DNA of 64,000 nt from Octopus bimaculoides (taxonomy: Eukaryota). Below the pieces are notes generated by a model, which did no database searches, was not told the DNA's origin, and saw only the letters and a list, made by a program, of their open reading frames with translations. Below are positions 1-13,084 of this stretch, in pieces (the stretch's first letter is position 1; each line of letters opens with the position of its first letter). The DNA lies in the NCBI RefSeq assembly GCF_001194135.2, contig NC_068984.1:31632589-31696588 (forward strand), given 5' to 3'. The position numbers were made by a program, and so were the translations under genes.

Positions 1-195
<195 letters not shown>

Positions 196-632
196 GCCTT
201 TGCACAGCTTTTAACGCTGGAGATGTATCACAGTGTCAGCTGTTCACTACCAGTAAACTAAGGTAACACCTCTTATTTTTCGAGCACCTTCCGGAGTATT
301 TGAGCGATTCCAAGCAGTGCTGTTTTCTGCAAGTGCTCCACCCTTATTGCAGTCCCTATTTGTTCCATGTGCTTCTCGAGATTTTTGCTCACTGTTCCCA
401 GGGCTCCGACAATTATTGGTACTACTGCTACCTTTTTCATCGACTACAACTGCTTAACTTCCCAATCTAACCTGTCATATCTCCCGACTTTTCTCTCTTC
501 CTTGTTGCATACCTTGTTGTCAGCTGGGCATGCTATATCTATGATCCAGCCTAGTTTGTTTTCTTTCTCAATTAAGACTATGTCCGGCTTCCTAATCTCT
601 ATCTCACGGTCGCACTGAATCATAAAATCACA
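196..632 (-). mobile_element. 5'-truncated R4/Dong-clade non-LTR retrotransposon 3' end (restriction-like endonuclease domain + 3' UTR)
   Basis: Manual minus-strand translation 632->273: DFMIQCDREIEIRKPDIVLIEKENKLGWIIDIACPADNKVCNKEERKVGRYDRL...VVPIIVGALGTV...LQKTALLGIAQILRKVLEK*. This carries the PD..D..K REL signature; one in-frame TAG at 444-446; terminal TAA at 273-275. Confidence 0.85.
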
Positions 633-974
633 TAGAAGTTAACTTCTATGTTGTAGTAGAGACAACATGTCCTTTGTCTATCTCCTTAACTTCTTGGAGA
701 TTTTAGATATAATTATACTGATGTGTCCATCTCTTCTAATTTAATTAAATTCTATGTTTTTGCGCAGTTGAGGATTGCTCTGAATTTCAAATTGATGTAA
801 TGATTGCATTGCTCAATTAAATGGAGTTGCAGGAAACGATCGTACTGCATTACCTCTGGATATCCTTGTTGCTTATTTTGATTTTAGTCACCTTACTTTG
901 AAATTGTATGGATAATACCGTACTAAATTCTGCTGCCTCAACTTAAGTACCATATTCACCTGAATATATATATA

Positions 975-987
975 TGTGTGTGTGTGC

Positions 988-1080
<93 letters not shown>

Positions 1081-1093
1081 TGTGTGTGTGTGT
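975..1093. repeat. (GT)n microsatellite
   Basis: Direct inspection. Confidence 0.97.
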
Positions 1094-1197
1094 ATCAAAC
1101 CAAAAAGGAGAGAATAAATTTCAGAAGTCAGTTTTCTTAATCACTCAATATATTTCAGTGTATCGGAATACTTCACAGCGAACATAGGCGCACTCAT

Positions 1198-1344
<147 letters not shown>

Positions 1345-1465
1345 TATCTATGTATGTATGTATATGATATAACAATCTATAAATATATAAATATATATAC
1401 ACATATAACTCATAAATGTACTCGCATAAGATCTTACGAGGTAGTATATCGGTATTTGAAATCAA

Positions 1466-2510
1466 TATTAGGCTTACCATAAGCGTAATAAAACCATTAA
1501 TTATATCGACACCTTGTCCAATAATTCCCAAAGTGTCATTAAGTAGGTTGTCAAAAGGGTGTGAATAAGAATCACAAACCTATCTGCAAATGAAAAGATT
1601 TTTTTTATAACTTTGCACCCTTTTATAATAGAACACTGAAGAACAATGGATTTGAGAGGAAGATATATTATATTAAGAATACACTATTTAAAAATAAATT
1701 CGGTAAGCGTTTTCCAGATCTTGCGAAATTACATATCAATACCCCTTACGTGAACAACCCTCCCGAGCATCAGGAACGCCACCATAATAGAAGACACTAT
1801 AATTCATTTAATTGTAATAAGTATCACATTGGTCAGATTAGAAACAATTCAGCGAGGAAACGGGAAATTATCTGGTTAACCCACCCTTTTTCCCTCCAAG
1901 GCAGTAATCTCCCTAAATTATTTTTTTAGGATTATTGACAAGAATTTCCCATTAAGCCATAAATATCATCCCGTTTTTAATAGATACCGCCTTAAATTAT
2001 CGTACTCAGCCACGCCAAATCTAGGATCTATAATTGCCGCCAATAATAGATGAAAACTTTGGAATAATGGTATCGATAGAGATGACAATATAACTGGCAT
2101 CAATATCAATAATAATAAGAATACAGACATAAAAAATATAAAGAGGAAGCACGGAAATAAAACGTGTAATTGCCGTAACCGGGATTTATCTCCCTTAAAG
2201 GGATTCTATTTAAGGAGAAATATCGTGTATAAACTTGAGATTACAGCCTTCAATGAATCAAATAAGATATACATAGGAAGAACGACTGATTTTAAGACTA
2301 GATATAGGGGGACCACAAATTCATTTACTAATCAAGAAACAAAAAACTCAACCGCACTAGCTACCCACATATTAATATATTAGAAATGCGTAATAAAGTA
2401 TTCAGCCTGAATTGGTCTATTATAACGGAAGCCATACCGTACAATACACATAGTAGAAATAGTAAAATATGCATGAAAGAATCAATCAATATACTCGGCA
2501 CTGCTAAAAA
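1466..2510 (+). pseudogene. Decayed PLE ORF: RT thumb, linker and GIY-YIG endonuclease
   Basis: Frameshifted pieces: [29 protein letters not shown]; IIW(F)NPPFS..KNFPLSHKYHPVFNRYRLKLSYSATPNL; CNCRNRD; NIVYKLEITAFNESNKIYIGRTTDFKTRY (YIG at 2270-2278); NSTALATHI; WSIITEAIPY. Confidence 0.85.
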
Positions 2511-2740
2511 AAATTACTTAATATTTGGGCTGTCATAATACTTTGTAGACATAAATATTTATCAACGTTTAAATTTTTTTTCCCAAAATAATTAGTTTAT
2601 ATGATTGTAACCTATTTGCCCTTTGTACATTTGGACTCATCTTAAAACACTATCAAATTACTTAATATTTTGGCTGTCATAATACTTTGTAGACATAAAT
2701 ATTTATCAACGTTTAAATTTTTTTTCCCAAAATAATTAGT
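2511..2740 (+). repeat. 86-bp direct repeat (2511-2596 and 2655-2740) in PLE 3' region
   Basis: Two near-identical copies of aaattacttaatattt..ggctgtcataatactttgtagacataaatatttatcaacg...cccaaaataattagt. Confidence 0.9.
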
Positions 2741-2903
2741 ATCAATAGATTTGTAATCTATTTAAACTCAGCTTTATGATATATTATTCGCCCGAACAGT
2801 ATGTTCTTTCTTTATAGCATTGGAATTTTAAAAATTCTTTAAAAATTCTAATGTTTTCTTATTAAACTTTTAAAATGAATTCTTTTTTAAATGTCCTTAA
2901 ATT

Positions 2904-2991
2904 ATCACTGATGAGAGAAATGTAGATGATTTTTATGGTCGAAAATAACTCGCTCATCTCAGTCTACATATTCTCGAAATGGCCGTGAGAC
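2904..2991 (+). ncRNA. Degenerate type I hammerhead ribozyme motif
   Basis: CTGATGA 2908-2914; stem II GAGAA-ATGTAGA / TCTACAT-A-TTCTC; GAAA 2976-2979; palindromic stem III TGGCCG. The cleavage triplet reads GTG (non-permissive) and stem I is weak. Confidence 0.55.
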
Positions 2992-3382
2992 TTTGTATCC
3001 GCTGAAGATTCTTTTTAAAATCATCTTATGCCGCCATTTCAACTTTTTGGCTTACCGCCTTACATTCACCATGTGCATCTTTCAATATCATCATTGACTT
3101 CTAATACGGATATACTACCTCGAAAGATCTCATGCAAGTGCATTTATGATTTATATGTGTGTATGTATTTATATATTGTTATATCATATATATATTGTTA
3201 TATAATATGAGTGGACCTATGTCCGCTGTGAAGTATTCCGATGGTATGAAATATATTGAGTGATTAAGAACACTGACTTCTGAAATTTATTCTATCCTTT
3301 TTGGTTTTATATTCCTGATGTTCGATTAGAACACTAATTAGTTGTGCTGTATAAGGAGATAGTTATCCTATGTTTTGTTCAT

Positions 3383-3440
<58 letters not shown>

Positions 3441-3614
3441 NNNNNNNNNNNNNNNNNNNNNNNNNNNNNNNNNNNNNNNNNNNNNNNNNNNNNNNNNNNN
3501 NNNNNNNNNNNNNNNNNNNNNNNNNNNGGAAGTTATCCCTCTCACCATTCTTCATTTAGAGAATTAACATATATATATATATATATATAAAAAATATATA
3601 TATATATAAAGTGT

Positions 3615-3790
3615 AGTATATTGCCACTTAAGTGTGGCTGACCCCTAGGGGTGGATGTTACTGTTGCTTTTAGCCCCAGGAGGACATCTCCTCCAGCTGG
3701 CTTATCGACACACGACTGTGTCCTGTTTGCCAAGGGAAGTTATCCCTCTCACCATTCTTCATTTAGAGAATTAACATATATATATATATA
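3615..3790. repeat. Interspersed repeat, unclassified family; second copy inverted at ~54225-54362
   Basis: tattgccactt..ggctgacccctagggg..agccccaggaggacatctcctccagctggc..gggaagt matches the reverse complement of 54225-54362. Confidence 0.75.
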
Positions 3791-3989
3791 TATATAAAGA
3801 GAGAGCCAGAAATTTGATTAAGCGTTCCATAAATGATGCAGACACTTCAAATTAAGCACCGACAGAATGACGCCAATCCGTTAACAATGTATCAATGAAT
3901 GAATGCTCACACTTCTTTGATTATCCACAACTCCAATAATATCTAAAAGTATCCAAAGGTTGCCAAAACCATAAACGTGGAATGAAAGC

Positions 3990-5400
3990 AATAAAAAACA
4001 CATTTATGCGTTATCTGGTATTCATACTGTTGTTTCGTTAAGAGACTTTATTGTGGTATAAACATGGTACAGTCAGGTATGCAGTATGCACCTCATCATG
4101 TTACTCTCAATTCACCAGACTAACCAAATAAACAAGCGAGCAGTTGATTAATCAGCATGTCACTGCTTGTCATCATCAACAAGAGAAATTTATAATCAGG
4201 TTTATCAGTATTCAAGATATGTAAAGTGATCGGGACTACAATCTCTCAATCATGAAGGTGGGTTGCAGAACGAGGTTGTAAATCAAGGAATAGTTAAAGA
4301 GTACTTCTATTCAAAAGTTGTCATGAAACTTAGCAAACTTTCTCATGAAGGCTGGTACTGGCAAAACAGATTTGTATACCAGCGGATTGCAGATGCGATG
4401 CATGACATTTGACCCTATCAAACATATTTTCCAACAGATGCTGAAGTTGCCCTAAAAAACCATTTACTGTGTTATGTTGTTTCGTATATTACGGGGGATG
4501 TAGCTAATAAGTTCGAACGTTACTAATTCAGTTATTCACTTCATCTTAATTAAAGTGATCCGATCAATTATATAAAAACTAATACAATTTTAGCTTTGAC
4601 TAAGGGAGATCCATCTAATAAAGAAAATGGCTTAACGAAAAACGCATAGAATACCGAGGTCTCAGCAAAATGTCAGATGAGAAGGAAGGAACAGAGAGGA
4701 AAGGAAAAGGAAGAGAGGGAAGGAAACGAAAGAGAGGGAAGGAAAAGAAAGAGAGGGAACGAAAAGAAAGAGAGGGAAGGAAAAGGAAAAAGTAAACAAT
4801 TTAACTAATATATAGAGAAATATAACCATAATCACAGTCTTATCAATCAATTTTTATATGCTTAAATAGAAACAGAATAAAATAAATCAAATAAACAATG
4901 TGGTCGGCATACTGACGGGTAGACGATATTAGCATAGGCAAATAACTGTGTCTACTAGACTAATGAAAGTAGTTTAGGCAATAATCAGTGATGACATGAA
5001 CATATAAATCTATAAATACGATAAAACCGTGGATCGTACCTTTCTATTAACAATATTGTCATAAAATTATTGAGAATAAAGTAGATTAATTGAAATCACA
5101 GACTCAATACATAGGTTAGATAACTAATATGATAATTAGAATTACGTGGAGTATTAAGAAAATGTTTAAAGTATTCGTAAGATATAAAGAATGACAGAGG
5201 CCATAAATGTTATTAATTGTTAGAAGTATTCGTACGATTATAATGAATTATAAAGACCAGAAGTAGGGAGGATAATGCAAATATTATGGAAATATCACCT
5301 AAGGCTAGAAGCAAACTGAATAAAGTTATTAATTTGAATTATATAAGATGTAGATTTTATAACATTGCAGCCATCGGTACATGTCATTAAAACTAAATAC
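3990..5400 (+). repeat. Left arm of ~1.4-kb diverged inverted repeat
   Basis: Colinear with the reverse complement of ~6240-7645; anchors include gggtgggttgcagaa, gtactggcaaaacag, catttactgtgttat, tgcttaaatagaaacagaataa, aggcaataatcagtgatgacat, atatcaccta..ctagaagcaaa. Confidence 0.88.
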
Positions 5401-5804
5401 TTAAATACGATCAGTTATATGTATTAATAGTATTAAGGTACTCAAAATTACCAAAATATAATCCATGAATCTTAGATTTAAAGAATAAGCAAGTTGTACG
5501 GACAGGTGCGGGCATGTGATCCTTAATTCCCCAATAACACCACCCGTGCTTTTTAAAATTTCTAACGATACAAAGGAACAGAGAATGCAACTGTATCTAT
5601 CACTAACATATGGTTTAGCATGTCTAGCGATGCTCTAAGAGGGTGGTGGGGAATCAATCTTTATATCCTTTAACTCCCTGAACTACGTGAAGAGCGATGG
5701 CATTTTCACTTTGTCTGGCATTCTATATGTATAAAGATAATTACGTAATCTCGGTTTAAAAATTGCAGTGATGGTTATGGCAACAACTACAACTGTATTA
5801 TATT

Positions 5805-5835
5805 ATTGTTGTTGTTGTTATTGTTGTTGTTGTTG

Positions 5836-5915
<80 letters not shown>

Positions 5916-5916
5916 G
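5805..5916. repeat. Compound trinucleotide microsatellite (TTG)n(TTA)n(GTA)n(GTG)n
   Basis: Direct inspection. Confidence 0.95.
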
Positions 5917-6239
5917 ACGTTTATAATCATTTTGGAACATTTGAGAGAATGAGAGCTATTTATATTAACATCAGTATGAATTATGGTATTATAAGTGTTG
6001 ATAGAATAGCCAATGCACACAACAATTCTACAGGTTATAGCTGCGTACATAATAACGGTATGAGATATGTGACCGACAAAATCCCAATATCCGACTTTAA
6101 ATGCATTATTGAAATATTAATGCATGATAATTTATTTATAACGTTGTGTATAAATGTAATATTAAAACTAAACTACATATTTTCTTTTAGATAAGTTCCA
6201 CTTCTTCCATTTTAAAATCGAGACTCCTTTTGCTTACAC

Positions 6240-7645
6240 TTAGTTCTAACGGCAGTTACGATGACAACAATTTTCTATAATTCATATTTTCTATAATTTA
6301 ATTAAATAACTCTATTTAATTTGCTTCTAGTTGTAGGTGATATCTTTATGTTTGTTTGATTCTTCCTAGTTCTGGCAAATTTTCTTTAATTCTCACAAGT
6401 TATTTTACCATTTTCTTAATAATTCACATAATTTTAAACTAATCTAAAAGTGATCTAACCTATCTACTGAATCTATAAAATTTTACTTGATTCGCTTTAT
6501 TTTCAATAGCATTTAGACAATGTTGGTTAACATAAACGTTAGGATTCAGGACTTTGTCATTTTTTTATCGGGAATATCGGTTCTATTTTTTTCCATCTCT
6601 ATTATTTCTAGTATATCAACTCGTAACTTCATTACAGTTAAAGAACAGATTTTTCTAAAATCCAATACTTAACGATCATAAATTTATAAATCTATATTTT
6701 TATGTCATCACTGATTATTGCCTAAACTGTTTTCATTAATCTAGTTGACACATTCATTTGTTTATGCCAATACCTTCTTCCCGTCAATTCGTCAACCACA
6801 TTGTTTATTTGATTTATCTTATTCTGTTTCTATTTAAGCATTTAAAAGTTATCATTGTTGGCACTGTGATTATGGCTATTTCTATATATTGATTATATTC
6901 TTTTCTTTTTCCTTTCTTTCTATCTTTCCCCATCCTCTCCCCTGACATTTTGTCGTTATCATATGAACATTTCCTTAAGTTATTTCTTGTAATCAAAATT
7001 AGCTGGATCACGCTTAATTAAAACAAAAATTGCATTAGTTCTGCAATAATGAATTGGGGCACTTTAATTATTTTGAATTACTTCAATGAATACGTAACGC
7101 TGGAATTTATTAACTATATAACTCTGTAATGCACTAAAACAATATAACACAGTAAATGTTATTTTTAGAATTAAGTCAGCATTTGTCTTATAATATGTTT
7201 TGATAGGGCCAAATGTCATGCTTCGTACCTGTTATCAGCAGTTGGAATACAAAACTGTTTTGCCAGTACTAGCTTGTATAAGAGAGTTTGATAAGTTTAA
7301 TGACATCTTTTGAATAGAAATGCTCTTTTACTATTCTTTAATTTACAACATCATTCTGCAACCCACCCTCGAGATTGACGAATTGTAGTCCCAGTTACTT
7401 TACAGTTCTCTAATATTGATAAATCTGATTTTAAATTTTCGTTCCTGATGATGACGAGCATTGACATGTTAATTAATCAATTGCTCACTAATTTATTTGG
7501 CAAGCCTGGTGAGTTGAGAGTAGAATAACGTAACACATAATCTTAAGTGAGTCGTGTATACTATCTAAATGTACCATATTTACGTCACAGTAAAGAACTC
7601 GCAATGAAATAACTGTAGCAGTACCAGTAAAACCATTCGTTTGTT
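6240..7645 (-). repeat. Right arm of ~1.4-kb diverged inverted repeat (possibly PLE 5' region)
   Basis: See left arm. The minus strand continues inward to FNI-LYTTL (~6140-6170), resembling the PLE RT motif FDFSTLYTT; this similarity is weak. Confidence 0.8.
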
Positions 7646-7647
7646 TT

Positions 7648-7736
<89 letters not shown>

Positions 7737-7984
7737 GCACNNNNNNNNNNNNNNNNNNNNNNNNNNNNNNNNNNNNNNNNNNNNNNNNNNNNNNNNNNNN
7801 NNNNNNNNNNNNNNNNNNNNNNNNNNNNNNNNNNNNNNNNNNNNNNNNNNNNNNNNNNNNNNNNNNNNNNNNNNNNNNNNNNNNNNNNNNNNNNNNNNNN
7901 NNNNNNNNNNNNNNNNNNNNNNNNNNNNNNACACGTTTACATATAGAAGTAGAAAGATAAATTTTATTCAACGCATAGATACTG

Positions 7985-8029
<45 letters not shown>

Positions 8030-8058
8030 CACACACACATATATATATATATATACAT

Positions 8059-8101
<43 letters not shown>

Positions 8102-8333
8102 TATATATACAAATTATGGGGGTTTAGTTCACAGGTAAACTAAAAGATTACTTTCGCTAGGTAAGCGCTGTAACGGATTACTGGGGCTCCAGGGTTATAC
8201 CCTAGACGGTAGTTATAGAGTTATTGCAGATTTCCGATACAGCGGATATGTAATTGTTAAAAAGGACGTCAAGCATTAAGGCAAGGCAAATATCTCAAGT
8301 CATATACAATATTATTATTGGAAGAAATTAAAA

Positions 8334-8390
8334 ATCTTATAGTTGTTTCTGGGATTTCCCCGAGTATGGGATATTCCGTCGTCAGAGACA
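8334..8390 (-). ncRNA. Type I hammerhead ribozyme motif (left arm)
   Basis: Minus strand: TGTCT-CTGACGA-CGGAATATCCC-ATACTC-GGGGAAATCCCA-GAAA-CAACTA-TA-AGAT; core intact, stem III mismatch. Confidence 0.7.
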
Positions 8391-8743
8391 AATAGGGAAA
8401 AAATAGGGAAAATGAGAACGGTGTATATTAATAGGATAACGACATAGAGAAAGGGAGTAAAAGAAGAAAGAGACGGAAAGAAGGAAAAAAAAGAAGCATA
8501 AAACTATTATAACCTACCTGGATATATGCAGGATTGCACCTAAGGACTTACACTCATGGATCTACGCAGGATTGCACCCAAGGACTCATGCTCTGGCTTT
8601 ATAACTTCGGGAAGTTGAACTATGATATTTTATGTTTCTTTTTTACTTCCTTCTTCCCATCTCCCGATTATTTTACCCACTTCCTCTATGTCGTCATCCT
8701 ATTAATATATACCATTATCACTTTCTCTATTTTGTTCCCTGTT

Positions 8744-8800
8744 TGTCTCTGATGACGGAATATCCCATACTAGGGGATATCCCAAAAACAGCTGTAAGAT
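8744..8800 (+). ncRNA. Type I hammerhead ribozyme motif (right arm)
   Basis: TGTCT-CTGATGA-CGGAATATCCC-ATACTAG-GGGATATCCCA-AAAA-CAGCTG-TA-AGAT; palindromic stem III ACAGCTGT intact, G12 mutated to A. Confidence 0.7.
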
Positions 8801-9659
8801 CTTTAATTTCTTCCTATAATGATATTTTATATGACTTGAGATGTTTGCTTTGCCTTAATGTTTACTGCCCTGTTTAACAATTATATATATACATATATAT
8901 GCATGTGTGTGTAAACGTATGTATATGTATGTATATATATGCATGTACATAGATATGTATACTCCTGTATATATATGTACACATACAAACATAAACACAC
9001 ACATATATATGCATATAGATAAACAATACAGAGCCATGGCATGTTAAACATGTAATATTAACGCATAAATGTTTACAATAAACAAATCTTGCTTTGCTGT
9101 ATCCAAAGTTTTCTCCACTAAAAATACATACTCGTAACTTTACCGTTACACACACACATACACACACACACAGAGAGGCACCCATCCATAGACAATGTCA
9201 ACTGCTAACCCTGTCCTCATAAAAAATTGCGAGCTCGAGTTTTCAAAGACGTTTTATAAAAAAAATTTCAGCGTGAAATTTGTTATTGGTAAATTCATTT
9301 TTAATTTTATACGTAATCTATTTTTGATTATATTTCTCAAATCCCGCAAGAAAATATGTTTGGATCACACTGGAACCTATCTACCCTAAAGACTATACAA
9401 CGTTAACGTTTCTGCTTTACTTCCTGCGTCTTAACTCTACATATCTTTAGTTTACACTGTGTAATTAACAAGTCTATGTTACGACAAATTATACTTACTC
9501 CGAAACGGATAAACAAATAACAAAATAAGAACTGCTTAAAAACCTAACTTCCTTATCACAGGTAATACTTTTATGAATTTTTAGGTTACAATATATGTCC
9601 CATAAATTTTTCAAATCTTGGCATATAAAAGTTTCACTATATCTATCTCACACACTGAA

Positions 9660-9974
9660 GGCGCGTGGCTTAGTGGTTAGGGCATTCGGCTCACGATCGT
9701 AAGGTCGTGAGTTCAATTCCCGGTGACGCGTTGTGTCTTTGAGCAAGACACTCTATTTCCAGTCCACTCAGCTGGCAAAAATAAGTAGTACTTGTAGTTC
9801 AAAAGGGCCATCCTTGTCACATTCTGTGTCACGCCGAGTTTCACTGAGAATTACGTTAAGAGTACACGTGTCTGTGGAATACTAAGCCACTTGCACGTTA
9901 ATTTCACGAGCAAGCTGTTCCGTTGATCTTATCAGCTGGGACCCTCGTCGTCGAAACCGACAGAGTGCTCCTTG
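9660..9974 (+). mobile_element. Full-length tRNA-derived SINE with 15-bp TSD
   Basis: A box TGGCTTAGTGG, B box GAGTTCAATTCC; ATCTCACACACTGAA at 9645-9659 and 9975-9989. Confidence 0.92.
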
Positions 9975-11159
9975 ATCTCACACACTGAACCACACACATG
10001 CGCACAGACAAACAACAGAGTCAACAACTATCGAAAAGGTTGTTAGACGCAACAAAAATTTTAGAAAAATAAATGAGTGGAAATTTTACCGGTGTATGTG
10101 TTGATTTATAAGTCATTAAAAGAAAATGAATCTCCCCAGACACAACAGAATATGCTTCAACACACGAACTCACATAATGAATCTTGCAACCCAAATCCCA
10201 AAACGAAATATCTCTTCAAATTTTCTCCCTAATCCAAACAGATGATAACTGAGCATGTGTTGATATAGCTATGAAACATGTCAGTCTCTTTTACATCATT
10301 GTTGTGCCCATTAAACTTTTATATGTTCCAGATTTGAGAAACCATTTTACCTGCTTGTTGCTGAGAAACATAATTTAGAGTACAGGAGACCTTAGGTACC
10401 CTCTCTAAGAGCAGTATCTTAAAATAACAAAGTAGATTTTAGAAGTCCTTCAGTAATAATTATAAATTCGAAACATGTCATCAGCATCAAATTCAATTAT
10501 GCACTTCTCGCAACCCTTAAGAACATCTTCACGAAATTTTCTTTTTCATAGTAAAACATACACGAAAGAAAAAAAGAATAAAATTTTGTTGCAGCTTATT
10601 GATGTTTTCCAAGGAAAGTGCTGTCATAGCTAGGACACCTTAGTAGTGGCCTTATTAAATTGTTTAAACTGGATCTTGTAGTACCTCTTCATATATCTTC
10701 TACTGAAGCTGCTGTTCATTAATTGCAATTAACGATGGCATTTCAGAATCCTGTAGAGATTTGAAACTCACATGAATTACTTGAAACGAAAAACGATTAT
10801 GAATTATTTAGAAACGAAGGCTATGATTCTTTAGGAAAACGTAAAGATGAAACGTGATGGATTTTGTGACCACGTTTCGAATCTTCCATATATCACACAT
10901 AAAACAAATTATCTCACCCTTCAACCACAATTAAATTGTTCAAAAAAAAAAAAAAAGAGAGAGAGAGAGAATTCAAAAAGAATAACGAATTCACAATTGT
11001 TGAAACCAGTAAATGCAGAGCAGTTACATGTATAGATACCGAATAGTTTTAAAATTTTATTTTATTTATGCTAAAACGAATAAAAGTAATTTAAATATGA
11101 AATATAAGGATATGATTAGTAAAAACTTGCAAAAGCAACAGAACATAAAAGGCAAAAGA

Positions 11160-12760
11160 ACATATGAAAAAATTCACAAGTATATGTATTAACATTACGT
11201 TACAGAATGACTTAAACTTGGAGCTAATAATAATAGTTGTTCCAACAAGGGAAATTAATTTCCTGGCTTATGTTTTAGACACCTTAAATAAACTATTCCT
11301 TAGGCACATGAAACCATCTAGATATACTGAATCACTTTCTGAAAAAGGTCAATGATAAATTATTTTCTGAATCTTTAGGTGTAAGGATCATTATAGAAAT
11401 ATACCTCCTGACCATTGAATAGAAGCGATAAAATTCAGGCTGAAGACATTTGAAAATTATATTCCAGAACACTTCGAAAATTAATTAACTTAAAATTCAA
11501 AATTAATTCTGGAAATATTTTACCGACAAATATTTGTAACTGTAATAGGAAGTTCAGAAGCCTCAGCCTTCGTAAATTCAGTTATGGGATATATGGACAT
11601 TAAACATAATTCAGAGTCGCTATAGAAATACAAAAACTTATTAATATATAAAAGAGGACCTAAAATGATTATTAGATAACTGTTCTATGAAACGGAATGA
11701 TACCCTGGAGAAATTACAAAAATTTTAAAATGTTACTTGATGAAAAGGATAATATAAAATTCATAATGGAATGCATTCCAAATAAAACTTCTTTATATAT
11801 ATTGTAATAATAAACACTCATAGAAAACTTCAGTCACGAATAATATCCATAATTTACTATGTCACCTGAAGCACACTAGAACAAATATTACTTTTAATTT
11901 ATCCTGAAGGTTGTACTTGATTGTGTCCAATAAAGTACTCCTGATATGTATTTTAAGAACTTGAAGGTTCGCATACCAACATTGTCTACTATCCATAATA
12001 GAAGTTGGGATAAATGAGTCAAGACAATTGATGCTTAAATGTTAAAATAATAAAAAGAACTCTGGCCAAAATATGATTAATGTAATGTAATGTAATATAA
12101 AGCTGAAGCAACTTAACACCAAATATACAGTGCGTGTGTTTTTATTGACTAAACTAGCAACATGACCATCCCCAAATAAAATAATTTACCCGAACTGAAA
12201 ATATATCCACGTGTTTCCATTCATAACACTAGGAAATGAACCTAGAATATTACTTTCAAAATGTACCGGTACTGAAAAACGAATGCCTGTCTGCACATAC
12301 TTTTATAAAATAATAATACAACTAAAGCCATTAAAAATATCAACACATGCTTAATTATATTAATGGACAATTTAACCAAATGTTAAAAAAACTAAGTGAT
12401 CCAAATGGAGAATATTGTTTTATTGTCCGATGGAGTCGCATCTCGTTTTAATCAAGGACGATGTTTCAAACTAAAAAAATTCGTCCATTTTTGAATCTGG
12501 AAAGCGAATTTTTGTAACAGCTTGTTCAGGATGCGAAAGAGAATTATGTAGGAAAATTTAGAGTAACCTTAAAAAGGTAATGACAACACACACAGGAAAC
12601 AATGTGCTCCTTCACTGGCGATAAACATTTGTGTACACATAGATACGTGCAAATTTAACCTTCCACAAAAATATTTCCCTTTATACCAGTGAAGTGATAC
12701 ATTGTCTGAACCATAGTGGATCTATAAAGAAGAATGTCAACTATGTTCCAATATGTATAA
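11160..12760 (+). mobile_element. Decayed Penelope-like element (Penelope/Poseidon-like type): RT + GIY-YIG
   Basis: Pieces: EKIHK; IPPDH*IEAIKFRL..IPEHF; QIFVTVIGSSEASAFVNSVMGYMD (cf. Q..GTAMG..AP.YANLVMGYLE); TACSGC-ENYVG; HIDTC..FPLY. Confidence 0.72.
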
Positions 12761-13084
12761 TTAATCGTTGTTTTACTATTTAGCTGATTGATATGCGTCA
12801 TTATTTTAACTGAAGGATGGTAAATGTTTCCTTTTTCTTTCCTCTCATGTAACCGTTAAAAACATCTATTCCCGCCCGCGTAGCTGTTAACATATACTGT
12901 GAAATTATAATAATATAGTTAATTACACATCCATGATCACATTTAAAGAATGAAACCGGTGGGAAACATGTTTATCATGAATTTTCATCGAAAATATTTA
13001 AATTATTTTTCACTCTGTCTTTCATCCGCTGTTACATTCTACATTTCTTTCTTGAACTCCCACTCTGTATATATACAATATATA

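Larger units (their letters stand above)
8251..8883. repeat. Fold-back: ~260-bp inverted arms (8251-~8508, ~8616-8883) around a ~105-bp spacer containing a ~30-bp direct repeat
   Basis: The arms align throughout (cattaaggcaa.gcaaa.atctcaagtcatata..gggatattccgtc.tcagagacaaa). The spacer has gcaggattgcacc.aaggact twice. Confidence 0.92.

Noticed and set aside
3528-3590. Direct repeat of 3735-3790 next to a gap
   Set aside because: Identical sequence adjoining an N-run and (TA)n; most likely a scaffolding or overlap artefact.
10250-10490. Two GAAACATGTC strings resembling HHR 3' halves
   Set aside because: No correctly placed CTGANGA and stem I upstream.
12820-12880. Possible eroded hammerhead (ctgaaggatgg...accgttaaaaacatct) after the 11-12.7 kb PLE
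   Set aside because: Core needs several corrections and there is no stem I; not supportable.
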